From Candidatus Komeilibacteria bacterium (GTDB taxonomy: Bacteria; Patescibacteriota; Patescibacteriia; UBA1558), in assembly GCA_048538235.1 (NCBI GenBank), contig JBLYPX010000001.1, positions 136,013-200,012 of the forward strand: a stretch of DNA of 64,000 bases. Reading direction: 5' to 3'. Below, in pieces: positions 28,413-37,846 of this stretch. The notes under the pieces are model-generated. The model was given only the letters and a program-made list of their open reading frames with translations. It searched no databases and was not told the origin of the DNA. The position numbers and the translations under genes are program-made. Within the stretch, counting starts at the first letter, position 1; every line of letters starts with the position of its first letter.

Positions 28413-28601
28413 ATGAAACCAGTAGTAGACAAAGATAAATGTACCGGTTGTGGTACATGTATGGCATTATGTCCAAAAGTATTTGAATTTGGTGAAGATG
28501 GTAAGTCTATGGTAATAGATGAACTGGGCTGCCAAAAGGGCTGTGATTGTCAACAAGCAGTTGACAGTTGTCCAACCCAAGCAATAAGTTTACAGGAATA
28601 A
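28413..28601 (+). CDS. Small ferredoxin (single Fe-S cluster)
   Basis: CTGCGTCMALCP motif plus a distal Cys-Pro (DSCP) pair. Length 62 aa. Confidence 0.7.
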   Translation: MKPVVDKDKCTGCGTCMALCPKVFEFGEDGKSMVIDELGCQKGCDCQQAVDSCPTQAISLQE

Positions 28602-28603
28602 AA

Positions 28604-28636
28604 AAATACCTACTCATCTGAGTAGGTATTTTATAT
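28604..28636. terminator. Bidirectional rho-independent terminator
   Basis: ATACCTACTCA-tct-GAGTAGGTAT flanked by A-runs and T-runs. Confidence 0.65.
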
Positions 28637-29086
28637 TATTAGTATATATATAATTACTACTAATGCTATTTGCATAGCAATACCCATTTTAAAGGGTATA
28701 TTTTTTTTAGCTGGATTGTGAAAAAAGTTGTGAAATTTTACAAAAGGTTTTAATATTTTTATCTTTCTAACATCATAAATTCCCCATAATATGTCTGGTA
28801 GTATAGATCCTAAAATAGCAGCAAATATTATAACTGGATTAATATTTGTTTTTGTCATTATCATGAAAGCATAAATACCAGTAATGATTAAGTCAAAAAT
28901 AACAATAGATATTATCTTTTTATAACGTTTAGCCGCAGATATATCCTTTTCAAATATTTCTTCATCACCATGTGGTATCATATCTAAAATATAATGAGCA
29001 ATAAAGGCTAATATAAAAGCAAAAAAAGGATTTATTGTTTTAGTAGCAATAGCTATACCAACTGCACTGTGAGTAGTTAAATACAT
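28631..29086 (-). CDS. Membrane-bound metal-dependent hydrolase (DUF457/YdjM-like)
   Basis: 'THSAVGIAIA' N-terminus, 'ILDMIPHGDE' and 'LPDIL' motifs, and four TM segments. Confidence 0.5.
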   Translation of the reverse strand: MYLTTHSAVGIAIATKTINPFFAFILAFIAHYILDMIPHGDEEIFEKDISAAKRYKKIISIVIFDLIITGIYAFMIMTKTNINPVIIFAAILGSILPDILWGIYDVRKIKILKPFVKFHNFFHNPAKKNIPFKMGIAMQIALVVIIYILII

Positions 29087-29141
29087 GAATATATTATAGT
29101 TTATTTAACAAAAAAAGCCCAGAATAAATCTGAGCTGTTTT

Positions 29142-29217
29142 TGGTAGCGGGGGTTGGACTCGAACCAACGACCTTCGGGTTATGGGCCCGACGAGCTGCC
29201 AACTGCTCTACCCCGCG
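29142..29217 (-). tRNA. tRNA-Met(CAT), initiator-type, CCA encoded
   Basis: After reverse complement: acceptor CGCGGGG/CCCCGCU with unpaired C1/U72; anticodon arm TCGGG-CCCATAA-CCCGA with three G-C pairs; T-arm GTTGG-TTCGAGT-CCAAC. Confidence 0.7.
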
Positions 29218-29272
29218 TCATAGTTTATATATACTATCCCGGAGGACAATAATTGTCAAGTTAAATTGATTT

Positions 29273-29349
29273 TGGTAGCGGGGGTGGGGTTTGAACCCAC
29301 GACCTCAGCGTTATGAGTGCTGCGCTCTGACCAACTGAGCTACCCCGCC
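29273..29349 (-). tRNA. tRNA with CAT anticodon, elongator-type (tRNA-Met or lysidine-dependent tRNA-Ile2)
   Basis: After reverse complement: acceptor GGCGGGG/CCCCGCU with a G1.U72 wobble pair; anticodon arm CAGCA-CTCATAA-CGCTG (A31/C39 mismatch); 9-nt D-loop; CCA encoded. Confidence 0.65.
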
Positions 29350-29350
29350 A

Positions 29351-29435
29351 TGGTGGGCGAAGAGGGACTCGAACCCTCACGAGCTTGCGCTCATAGGTTT
29401 TTGAGACCTACGTGTCTACCAGTTCCACCACTCGC
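29351..29435 (-). tRNA. tRNA-Leu(CAA), class II with a long variable arm
   Basis: After reverse complement: GGGCGAG acceptor, D-arm GTGGAACTGGTAGACAC, anticodon arm TAGGT-CTCAAAA-ACCTA, 15-nt variable arm, T-arm GAGGG-TTCGAGT-CCCTC, CCA. Confidence 0.8.
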
Positions 29436-29512
29436 CCTGGTAGATATCTGTAAAAGCGTTATCATTTTAAGGTATTTATGTTAATAAGTCAACCCAAATG
29501 CAGATTAGATCA

Positions 29513-29541
29513 TTGAAATAAACGTATTTTTTAGGTATAAT
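29513..29541 (+). promoter_or_regulatory. Candidate sigma-70 promoter for parAB (TTGAAA-17-TATAAT) giving a near-leaderless transcript
   Basis: Near-consensus hexamers with 17-nt spacing. The -10 ends 10 nt before the parA ATG, and no SD is evident. Confidence 0.45.
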
Positions 29542-29551
29542 TAAGTCAATT

Positions 29552-30322
29552 ATGGCAAGAACAATATCAGTCGTTAATCAAAAAGGAGGAGTCGGTAAAA
29601 CTACCACAGCTATCAACCTGTCGGCTTTTTTAGCTAAACTTGGTTATAAAGTTTTACTAGTAGATATAGATCCGCAGGGTAATGCGTCATCTGGTTTTGG
29701 TTTACGCACTCAGGATTTAGAAGAAAGTATTTATGATGTATTAGTGCAAGAGCCTAAAAGTTTAGATAGTATTGTTCAAAAAACAAAGATTAGTAAATTA
29801 CACGTAGCACCAGCCAATACAAATTTAGCAGGGGCTAATGTAGAGTTAATATCTATGCCTAGGCGTGAGTTTAAGTTGTGGGATAATATTAATTCAATAT
29901 CCCATAAATATGATTTTGTTATTATAGACAATCCACCATCATTAGGAATACTAGCCATTAATGGTCTTGTTGCAGCTGATGAAGTGCTAATACCAGTACA
30001 AACAGAATATTATGCTCTAGAGGGTTTAAGTCAGCTTTTACACACAATTGAATTGGTTAGACAGAATTTAAAACCAGATCTAAAGATATTAGGAGCTGTT
30101 ATGACAATGTATGATGGTAGATCTAAATTATCTGAGGCTGTTTTTTATGAATTGTACAAATATTTTCCAAATAAAATATTTAGATCAATAATTCCGCGTA
30201 ATGTTCGTTTAGCAGAAGCACCATCTCATGGTAAGTCTATTTATGAGTACGATAAAAAATCTAAAGGTGCTAAAGCTTATGAAAAATTAGCTAGAGAAGT
30301 AGCTGAAGCAAAACGTTTTTAA
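29552..30322 (+). CDS. parA: Chromosome partitioning ATPase ParA/Soj
   Basis: Deviant Walker A 'NQKGGVGKTTTAINL'. Length 256 aa. Followed by parB. Confidence 0.9.
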   Translation: MARTISVVNQKGGVGKTTTAINLSAFLAKLGYKVLLVDIDPQGNASSGFGLRTQDLEESIYDVLVQEPKSLDSIVQKTKISKLHVAPANTNLAGANVELISMPRREFKLWDNINSISHKYDFVIIDNPPSLGILAINGLVAADEVLIPVQTEYYALEGLSQLLHTIELVRQNLKPDLKILGAVMTMYDGRSKLSEAVFYELYKYFPNKIFRSIIPRNVRLAEAPSHGKSIYEYDKKSKGAKAYEKLAREVAEAKRF

Positions 30323-30340
30323 TTCTGGTATAATATATAT

Positions 30341-31225
30341 ATGATAAATGGAAATTTAGGTAGGGGATTAGGTTCTTTAATACCACAAACGCCAGCACCT
30401 CAAACCCCACAAGAAGAAACAACAGACATAATACAAGAAAATGATACACCAATATCTGAAGAGGGTACTCTTCAGTATGTTGATGCGAGCAAAATAACTC
30501 CTAATCCTTATCAACCAAGATTAGATTTTAAGCATGAAGAGTTAGAACAGTTAGCCGAGTCTATTAAGAAGTTTGGTATTTTAGCACCATTACTTGTTTC
30601 TAAAAAAGGTGATGGCTATCAATTGATTGCGGGTGAACGTAGATGGCAAGCTTCTACTTTAATTGGTTTAAAAAAGGTTCCGGTTATAGTTAGACAAACA
30701 ACAAATCTAGAAAAACTAGAAATATCTTTACTTGAAAATTTGCAGAGAGAAAATCTAAATCCTATTGAAGAAGCTTTAGCATATAAGAGGTTTATTGATG
30801 AGTTTAATATGACTCAAGAACAGGTAGCAGATAGGGTAGATAAGAATAGGTCATCAATTGCTAATGCTATTAGACTATTAAATTTACCAAAAGAAATACA
30901 AGAAGCTATTAGAGTGGGCTCTATTAGTAGAGGACAAGCCAAGATAATACTTAGTGTAGAAGATGAAAAGTACCAGAAGAAGTTATTTAAAAAGATTATT
31001 CGTGAAGGAATGACAGTTAGGGAGACTCGTAGAGCAACTGCTCAGTATAAAAAAACAACACCAGTTAGTGCTGCTAATATTGAATTGTCTGCTGATGAGG
31101 AAAGATTAAGAAATTATTTAGATACTAGGGTTAAAATTGAAAATGATCCAGATGGCGGTAGGTTAGTTATAGATTATTATTCAATTGAAGAACTAAAAAG
31201 AATTATAGATAAAATTATTGATTAG
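30341..31225 (+). CDS. parB: Chromosome partitioning protein ParB/Spo0J
   Basis: ParB box 'GERRWQAS' and an HTH region. Length 294 aa. Confidence 0.88.
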   Translation: MINGNLGRGLGSLIPQTPAPQTPQEETTDIIQENDTPISEEGTLQYVDASKITPNPYQPRLDFKHEELEQLAESIKKFGILAPLLVSKKGDGYQLIAGERRWQASTLIGLKKVPVIVRQTTNLEKLEISLLENLQRENLNPIEEALAYKRFIDEFNMTQEQVADRVDKNRSSIANAIRLLNLPKEIQEAIRVGSISRGQAKIILSVEDEKYQKKLFKKIIREGMTVRETRRATAQYKKTTPVSAANIELSADEERLRNYLDTRVKIENDPDGGRLVIDYYSIEELKRIIDKIID

Positions 31226-32737
31226 CTATTCTCTAGAAAATGGATTTTTAAGATTGAGGTTTTTAAAACCTCTTTTCTTTTTTAATGCGCTTTTAATTTT
31301 ATCTCTAGCCTGATCTGTTTTTACAAAATCTAACCAGTCTGGATTTGGCCACTTTCTGGAATTGTTTGTTATTATTTCTACAACATCACCATTTTTTAGT
31401 TTACTATCTAAATTACCAATAGCTCTATTAATTCTAGCCTCCACACATCTATTTCCTAAATCAGTGTGAATGGTGTAAGCAAAATCTATGGGAGTAGCAT
31501 TTTCCGGTAAATCTATAACATCACCCTCAGGTGTGAATACAAATATTCTATTTTTGAAAAAATCTAATTTAACTTTTTGTAAGTTGTCTAAGTATTTTTC
31601 ACTATCTCCAATATCTTCTTGCCAGTTTATTAAATTATCTATCCAGTCTTTATAATTTTCTGGTATAGTACCTGCTTTACTAGCAGAGTAGTGCCAGTGA
31701 GCTGCAATACCAAATTCTGCCAAGTCATGCATTTCTTGTGTTCTAATTTGGATCTCAATAACTTCACCCTTACCAGTAAATAGAGTTGTGTGTAGCGATT
31801 GGTAATTATTTGGTTTAGGTTGAGCAATATAATCTTTAATACGACCCTTTAATGGTGTCCATAGGGTATGAATTATGCCTAATACTGCATAGCAATCTCT
31901 TTCTGTTTTTACAATAACTCTCATGGCAACTAAATCATAAATACGATCAAGATTTTTATCGTGAGACATTAACTTTTCATAGATGCTGTATATACTTTTT
32001 ACACGACTAGTGATATTTAAATATTCAATATTATTTTTTTTAAGTTCTTTTGCTAAAGTACGTTTAGATTTTTCAATAATCTTTTCTTTATGCTTTAAAC
32101 TATCTTTGGTTATAGATTTTGTCCAGGCAGATTCTTTAGGATAAATATATGGAAAGGATAAATCTTCAAGCATAGATTTTAATTCACCCATTCCTAATCT
32201 ATCTGCAATAGGTGCATATATTTCCATAGATTCTTTAGCAATACGTAAGGCCTTTTGTGGTGGTTGGTATTTTAACGTTTGTAAATTATGTATTCTATCT
32301 GCAAATTTAATTACAACAGTACGAATATCTTTAGCCATTGCGACAAACATTTTACGTAAGTTTTCTGCATACCTTTCAATACCACGGTACTTAACTTTAC
32401 TTAACTTTGTAATACCTTCTACAATTTGAGCAATTTCTTTACCAAACTTTTTTCTTATCTCAGATAATGACACATCTGTATCTTCTGGTACATCATGTAA
32501 TAGGCTAGCAGCAATAGTGATAGGATCGAGGTGCATATCTGCTAAGAGTTTTGCAGTAGAAATGCAATGCACTATATAGTCATCTCCAGACAATCTCTTC
32601 TGACCATGGTGGGCAAGCGAAGCAAAAGAATAGGCATTTCGAATTAATTTCTCATGCTCTAGTGTCATATCTGGGTTCTGTTTCTTGGTAGCCTGTATAA
32701 TTTCCTCTATTTTTGCCTTGTGTTTATCCATTTTCAC
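31226..32737 (-). CDS. rel: Short bifunctional (p)ppGpp synthetase/hydrolase (RelA/SpoT homolog), 503 aa
   Basis: HD hydrolase motifs (HxxxH..HD, 'LLHDVPEDT'), synthetase domain ('YQSLHTT') and TGS ('IFVFTPEGDVIDLP'). No C-terminal ACT/RRM region. Confidence 0.8.
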   Translation of the reverse strand: MKMDKHKAKIEEIIQATKKQNPDMTLEHEKLIRNAYSFASLAHHGQKRLSGDDYIVHCISTAKLLADMHLDPITIAASLLHDVPEDTDVSLSEIRKKFGKEIAQIVEGITKLSKVKYRGIERYAENLRKMFVAMAKDIRTVVIKFADRIHNLQTLKYQPPQKALRIAKESMEIYAPIADRLGMGELKSMLEDLSFPYIYPKESAWTKSITKDSLKHKEKIIEKSKRTLAKELKKNNIEYLNITSRVKSIYSIYEKLMSHDKNLDRIYDLVAMRVIVKTERDCYAVLGIIHTLWTPLKGRIKDYIAQPKPNNYQSLHTTLFTGKGEVIEIQIRTQEMHDLAEFGIAAHWHYSASKAGTIPENYKDWIDNLINWQEDIGDSEKYLDNLQKVKLDFFKNRIFVFTPEGDVIDLPENATPIDFAYTIHTDLGNRCVEARINRAIGNLDSKLKNGDVVEIITNNSRKWPNPDWLDFVKTDQARDKIKSALKKKRGFKNLNLKNPFSRE

Positions 32738-32790
32738 TTTTATTAAATTTGTATTATAATGTTACTGTATATTAATATTAATTTCAAGTT

Positions 32791-33252
32791 ATGTTTAAAA
32801 GAGAACAAAAGGGTTTTACCCTTATAGAACTACTAGTTGTAATAGCCATTATTGGACTATTATCTACTTTAGCGGTTGTATCTTTAAATAGTGCTAGAGA
32901 AAAGGCTAGGGATGCAAGGCGTGAAGCAGACATTAAGATTTTAAATAATGCTATACAGCTTTATTTACAGGAAAATGATGCTGCTCCAGTTGGTGACGAT
33001 GCCAATGATGGGGTTTGTTTGAGTACAGAGGCATGTTGGGCTGCTGGTGGAGATTTAGCTGCTGCTTTAAGTACATATACAGCTCCGTTAGTTACAGATC
33101 CAAATAATACAGGCGTATATTATTATGTATATGCAAGTCCTGCAGCTACAACTGGTAATGACGAAAGTTATCAATTGTATGTTAAGACCCTAGAAAGAGA
33201 TGATAGTACTTGGGGTTTTAACATGAGTGATGATGTAGATTGGGTTGAATAA
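32791..33252 (+). CDS. Type IV pilin-like protein (prepilin with an N-terminal methylation motif)
   Basis: Class III signal 'KG|FTLIELLVVIAIIGLL', then an N-terminal helix and a small variable globular domain with a Cys pair. Confidence 0.8.
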   Translation: MFKREQKGFTLIELLVVIAIIGLLSTLAVVSLNSAREKARDARREADIKILNNAIQLYLQENDAAPVGDDANDGVCLSTEACWAAGGDLAAALSTYTAPLVTDPNNTGVYYYVYASPAATTGNDESYQLYVKTLERDDSTWGFNMSDDVDWVE

Positions 33253-33265
33253 ATAAAATTCGAGT

Positions 33266-33301
33266 AATAAAAAATACTGGATATATATCCAGTATTTTTT
33301 T
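33266..33301. terminator. Bidirectional rho-independent terminator between the pilin gene and topA
   Basis: ACTGGATATATATCCAGT hairpin flanked by A-runs and T-runs. Confidence 0.65.
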
Positions 33302-33305
33302 ATCT

Positions 33306-35507
33306 CTATTTTGTATAATTGCATTCTTTATTAGAGCAGAATATTTTATCTTCTTTTCCAAACACTAGTAATGATTTACACTCAGGGCACGTTTCACCGT
33401 TTGGTTTTTGCCATAAGGCGAATTTACAACTAGGGTATTGATCGCAAGCATAGAATGTTCTGCCAGTCTTTGTTCCTTTGGCAACTATTTTACCTTTACC
33501 ACAGTCAGGACAAGATGCACCCGTTTCTTCAACAATCTGTTTAGTGTTTTTACAATCTGGGTAGTTGGTACAAGCCATAAACTTACCAAAACGTCCACGC
33601 TTAATAGTCATGTCTGCGCCACACTTTTCGCACTGCTCATCTATTTTTTCCTCTTCTTCTGGTTTATTATCTTTACCTATTTGTTTAGTGTTCTTACATT
33701 CTGGATAATTAGAGCAAGCCATGAACTTACCAAAGCGTCCCATTTTTATAATCATATCTGATCCACATTTCTCACATTGTTCATCTGTTTTTTCTACTAG
33801 ATCATCTTTTTTAACTTCCTCATATTTATTGTCTAAATTTTCCATAAAAGGCATATAAAAATTATTAATTACTGGTTGCCATTCTTTTTTACCCAATGAT
33901 ATCTCATCTAAGTCTTCTTCCATATTGGCGGTAAAAGTATAGTCCATAATTTTAGAGAAGTGTTTTAGTAGTAAATCTGTTACTACTGTACCTATTTCTG
34001 TTGGTTTTAATCTCTTTTCTTCTCTAGTTACATAATTTCTAGCAATGATGGTAGATATAATAGGAGCATAAGTTGAAGGCCTACCAATACCTTTTTTTTC
34101 TAATTCTTTAACAAGCCCAGCATCTGAGTAACGAGCTGGTGGTTTAGTAAAGTGTTGTTCGTTAACTATTTTATCTAAATCTACTTTATCTTTTTCATTA
34201 CAAGCTGGTAATAGATCGCTACCTTTAAAATTACTATATACTTCTAAGTAGCCAGTAAATTTAATAACAGAACCGCTAGCTGTAAATACATATTTATTAT
34301 CTTTATCTGCAATACTAATACTTGTTACATTTATCTCAGCTGGTTGCATTTGACTAGCTACTGATCTATTCCAGATAAGTCTATATAGTTTATATTGTTT
34401 ATCGTTTAAATATGATTTAATGTTGTCTGGTTCATGATTTACATTTGTAGGCCTAATTGCTTCATGAGCTTCTTGAGCATTTTTACTTTTTGTCTTATAT
34501 ATTTTAGCACTCTTTGGTAAATAGTCTTTACCAAATTTAGATTCAATTAAATTTCTAGCTTCATTTATAAACTTATCGCTTAGATTTTGTGAGTCAGTAC
34601 GCATATATGTTATTAAACCTTCGCTTTCTTTACCACCAAGTTCAATACCTTCATATAATTGTTGAGCAAGCATCATTGTCTGTTTTGATGAGAATCCCAA
34701 TTTACGGTTAGCTTCCTGTTGTAATAGAGAAGTAGTGAGTGGAGTTGGAGGATTCTTTTTTTCTTGTCTACTATTAACCTCTGTTATAGTATAATCTAAC
34801 TTTTCAGCATCTTCTTTTATCTTTGTAGCAGCTTCTTCATTATTAATATCTAATTTAGCAATTCTTTTATTATCTATTTGGCTTAGCTGAGCGTTTATTA
34901 CATCTTTACCTTTTTTAAATTCACCAAGTATAGTCCAATACTCATCTGCTTTAAAAGCTTCAATTTCTTTTTCTCTTTCAACAATTAATCTAACAGCTAC
35001 AGATTGAACACGGCCAGCAGACAAACCTTTGGCTACTTTTTTCCATAACCATGGAGATAATTTATATCCCACAATTCTGTCTAAAATACGTCTAGCTTGC
35101 TGAGCATCAACCATAGCATTGTCTAGTTCACGTGGATTAGCAATAGCTTCTTCTACAGCCGTTTTAGTAATTTCATGAAAAGCAATACGTTTAGTATTTT
35201 CTGGTTTTAATTTAAGGGCATGAATTAAATGCCAAGCAATAGCTTCTCCTTCACGATCTTCATCAGTTGCTAAATATACTTCAGTATCTTTAGACACTCT
35301 TTTCTTTAAATTGGCTACAGCTTTTTTAGCTTTTGTCGGAATTACATATTCTGGTTCAAAGTTATTATCTGGATCAACACCTAATTTACTTTTAGGCAGA
35401 TCTCTAATATGACCAAAAGAAGATTGGACATCCCAATCTTTTCCCAGAAAGCGGCTAATTGTTTTTGCTTTTGTTGGAGATTCAACTATAGCTAGCTTTT
35501 TACTCAT
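33306..35507 (-). CDS. topA: DNA topoisomerase I with C-terminal zinc ribbons
   Basis: TOPRIM N-terminus (LAIVESPTKAKTI), catalytic Tyr region and three C4 zinc-ribbon repeats (CxxC...CxxC) at the C-terminus. Confidence 0.9.
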   Translation of the reverse strand: MSKKLAIVESPTKAKTISRFLGKDWDVQSSFGHIRDLPKSKLGVDPDNNFEPEYVIPTKAKKAVANLKKRVSKDTEVYLATDEDREGEAIAWHLIHALKLKPENTKRIAFHEITKTAVEEAIANPRELDNAMVDAQQARRILDRIVGYKLSPWLWKKVAKGLSAGRVQSVAVRLIVEREKEIEAFKADEYWTILGEFKKGKDVINAQLSQIDNKRIAKLDINNEEAATKIKEDAEKLDYTITEVNSRQEKKNPPTPLTTSLLQQEANRKLGFSSKQTMMLAQQLYEGIELGGKESEGLITYMRTDSQNLSDKFINEARNLIESKFGKDYLPKSAKIYKTKSKNAQEAHEAIRPTNVNHEPDNIKSYLNDKQYKLYRLIWNRSVASQMQPAEINVTSISIADKDNKYVFTASGSVIKFTGYLEVYSNFKGSDLLPACNEKDKVDLDKIVNEQHFTKPPARYSDAGLVKELEKKGIGRPSTYAPIISTIIARNYVTREEKRLKPTEIGTVVTDLLLKHFSKIMDYTFTANMEEDLDEISLGKKEWQPVINNFYMPFMENLDNKYEEVKKDDLVEKTDEQCEKCGSDMIIKMGRFGKFMACSNYPECKNTKQIGKDNKPEEEEKIDEQCEKCGADMTIKRGRFGKFMACTNYPDCKNTKQIVEETGASCPDCGKGKIVAKGTKTGRTFYACDQYPSCKFALWQKPNGETCPECKSLLVFGKEDKIFCSNKECNYTK

Positions 35508-35561
35508 TTATTGTTTAATTAATTCTTTCACAAGATAATATATATTTGTTTATGCGTCAAG

Positions 35562-36818
35562 TTAGAAGCTTGAGCGATAACGTAATATATTTTCTTCTGG
35601 TATCCAGTGAGCACGTAATTCACCGGTTAAATACATAGAGCCGGTTACCAGAATAAAGTCTCTTTTTTTTGCTTTGCTAAGTGCGGCATCGAGTGCGTCT
35701 TGTGCATCCCAGAATAACTCTACATGTTTTTTAGGAAAGTGTTTTTGTATAAACTTCTTCATTCTTAATGGTGATACAGTTGAACGACGTGAGTTTAAGT
35801 ATTTTGTTACATATACATATTTTGCATGAGGAACAATCTCTTGAAGACATGTTCGCCAATCTTTATTGGCAGACATACCAATAATTAAATACTTAAGCGG
35901 CTTGTTCATCTTTTTTACTGTTGAGGTAATAGCTTTTATCTTTGGCGGGTTATGTGCGCCATCAAGCATTACTAATGGCTTAGCTTGCATTATTTCTTGG
36001 CGACAAGGTAATTTAGCAGATTTGTCTATTATGGATTTAGTAATTTTTTGTTTAACACCAAGCTGGTCAACTGCTGCTTGAGCTAAACGAATATTTACAT
36101 TATTGTATGAATCACCATTTGGTTTTATTAAAGTAAATGGAACTTTAATTTGTTCACATCTTTCTTTTAGTACTTTTAGAGCTCTTGGTTTGTCTTCAGC
36201 TGTAATAAATTTAGTACCTTTTTTAATTATACCGGCTTTTTGAGTGGCAATTTTCTTTAATGTTTTACCAAGAACATCTGTATGATCATAGCCAACATTT
36301 GTTATAACAGTGACTTCTGCTTTTGGTACTACGTTGGTGTGGTCATATTTACCACCCAGCAAAGCCTCAAGAACAACATAGTCGCACTTTTCTTCAGCAA
36401 AGTATTTAAAAGCAATAGCTAATGACATTCCAAAGAAATTTGGTGGAATATCTATAGCGTGCATAGCGGGTTTAATTTTATCTAAAATATTATATAGTGC
36501 TTCTGCTGCTATATATCTTTCATTTAGTTTAATTCTTTCTGTAAGAGTGGTTGTGTGAGGTGACATATATAATCCAACTTTATATCCGGCCTTAACTAAC
36601 GTTGAGTGAATCAAGGAAGCTACAGTTCCTTTGCCAGCAGTTCCAGCTACATGAATAACTTTACATTTTGTTTGTGGATCACCAATTTCGTGCAGATATT
36701 CCTCAAAGATTCTCAGTTTATGTTTAATATTAACTTTATTCTCACCATACATACCTGCTAGGCCTTCTAGAAAATCTACTGCGCGATGATATTTTTCAAT
36801 GTCATGTTTGATTCCCAT
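35562..36818 (-). CDS. folC: Mur-ligase family protein, FolC-like (folylpolyglutamate/dihydrofolate synthase)
   Basis: P-loop 'HVAGTAGKGT'. Mur-ligase central and C-terminal domains. Length about 418 aa. Confidence 0.65.
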   Translation of the reverse strand: MGIKHDIEKYHRAVDFLEGLAGMYGENKVNIKHKLRIFEEYLHEIGDPQTKCKVIHVAGTAGKGTVASLIHSTLVKAGYKVGLYMSPHTTTLTERIKLNERYIAAEALYNILDKIKPAMHAIDIPPNFFGMSLAIAFKYFAEEKCDYVVLEALLGGKYDHTNVVPKAEVTVITNVGYDHTDVLGKTLKKIATQKAGIIKKGTKFITAEDKPRALKVLKERCEQIKVPFTLIKPNGDSYNNVNIRLAQAAVDQLGVKQKITKSIIDKSAKLPCRQEIMQAKPLVMLDGAHNPPKIKAITSTVKKMNKPLKYLIIGMSANKDWRTCLQEIVPHAKYVYVTKYLNSRRSTVSPLRMKKFIQKHFPKKHVELFWDAQDALDAALSKAKKRDFILVTGSMYLTGELRAHWIPEENILRYRSSF

Positions 36819-36927
36819 AATTTTTTATTATAGATAATAAGTGCCACCCTGCTTTGTATATATATTGTGTTGGGTGGCTTTAATTTAACATTATTAATTT
36901 TACTACTTTGCCGCAAATAAGCAACTA

Positions 36928-37806
36928 TTACCAGTGTTTATATACATTAAATATATCCCGGCTGTGGATTATTGGTAAAGCACCACGTTGGAGTAGTTTA
37001 TTAGTTCCAAGCGAATTTGTCAAGAGTATATGGCCGGGTACAGTTAGCACTTCACGGTTTTGATCAAGGGCTTGCCAGGCAGTAATTAATGAACCTGATC
37101 TATCTGCCGCTTCTATAACTAAACAGGCCTGACACAGCCCAGATATTATACGGTTACGTCTAGGAAAATTTTGTGCTTTAGGAGACTTGCCAGGTGGATA
37201 TTCAGATATGATTAGACCATTATTATTTATTATGTCTTTAGCTAATTGTGTATTTTGTTTAGGATAGAATGATTTATAGTCCAGGCCACCACCAAGTACT
37301 GCAATTGTTGCTTTATTATTATCTACAGCTATTTGATGAGCAGCGCTATCTGCACCAATTGCTAAACCAGATACTATTACAATATTATTTGTTAAGGGTT
37401 TTAATAGATAGGGTATTATTTCTTTACCATAATTAGATAATTTTCTTGATCCAACAACTGCTAATTTATATTTATACTTTAGGATATTAATATTTCCTTT
37501 GTAATATATAACAACAGGAGGGTCATATATTTGTTTTAGAAGAAGAGGGTATTCTTTGTCTATAATAGTTATGTATTTAATATCTGTTTTATTTATTTCT
37601 TCTTCAAGCTTTTCTGGATCAATATTATATATAGCTGGTATTAATTTATTAGCTATATTATTTCCAAGTTTTAAATATATATTTTCATTTGAATCATGCC
37701 AAAGCTGCTCTAGTTGAGGATAGAGTTTAATAATTCTATTAATAGATACTGGTCCAAGTTTAGGGATTAAAGAAAGGGCCCTAATTAGGACCCTTTGTTT
37801 ATTCAT
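36928..37806 (-). CDS. dprA: DNA processing protein DprA (Smf)
   Basis: Rossmann-like DprA core 'LAVVGSRKLSNYG...VIVSGLAIGADSAAHQ...LGGGLD'. Confidence 0.8.
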   Translation of the reverse strand: MNKQRVLIRALSLIPKLGPVSINRIIKLYPQLEQLWHDSNENIYLKLGNNIANKLIPAIYNIDPEKLEEEINKTDIKYITIIDKEYPLLLKQIYDPPVVIYYKGNINILKYKYKLAVVGSRKLSNYGKEIIPYLLKPLTNNIVIVSGLAIGADSAAHQIAVDNNKATIAVLGGGLDYKSFYPKQNTQLAKDIINNNGLIISEYPPGKSPKAQNFPRRNRIISGLCQACLVIEAADRSGSLITAWQALDQNREVLTVPGHILLTNSLGTNKLLQRGALPIIHSRDIFNVYKHW

Positions 37807-37846
37807 ATATTTACTCTATATATATTTGGAATAAATTGCAAGTAGT

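Noticed and set aside
36819-36927. GCCACCC ... GGGTGGC inverted repeat downstream of dprA
   Set aside because: The 7-bp arms are separated by a 25-nt loop and there is no clean T-run. Too weak to call a terminator or regulatory element.
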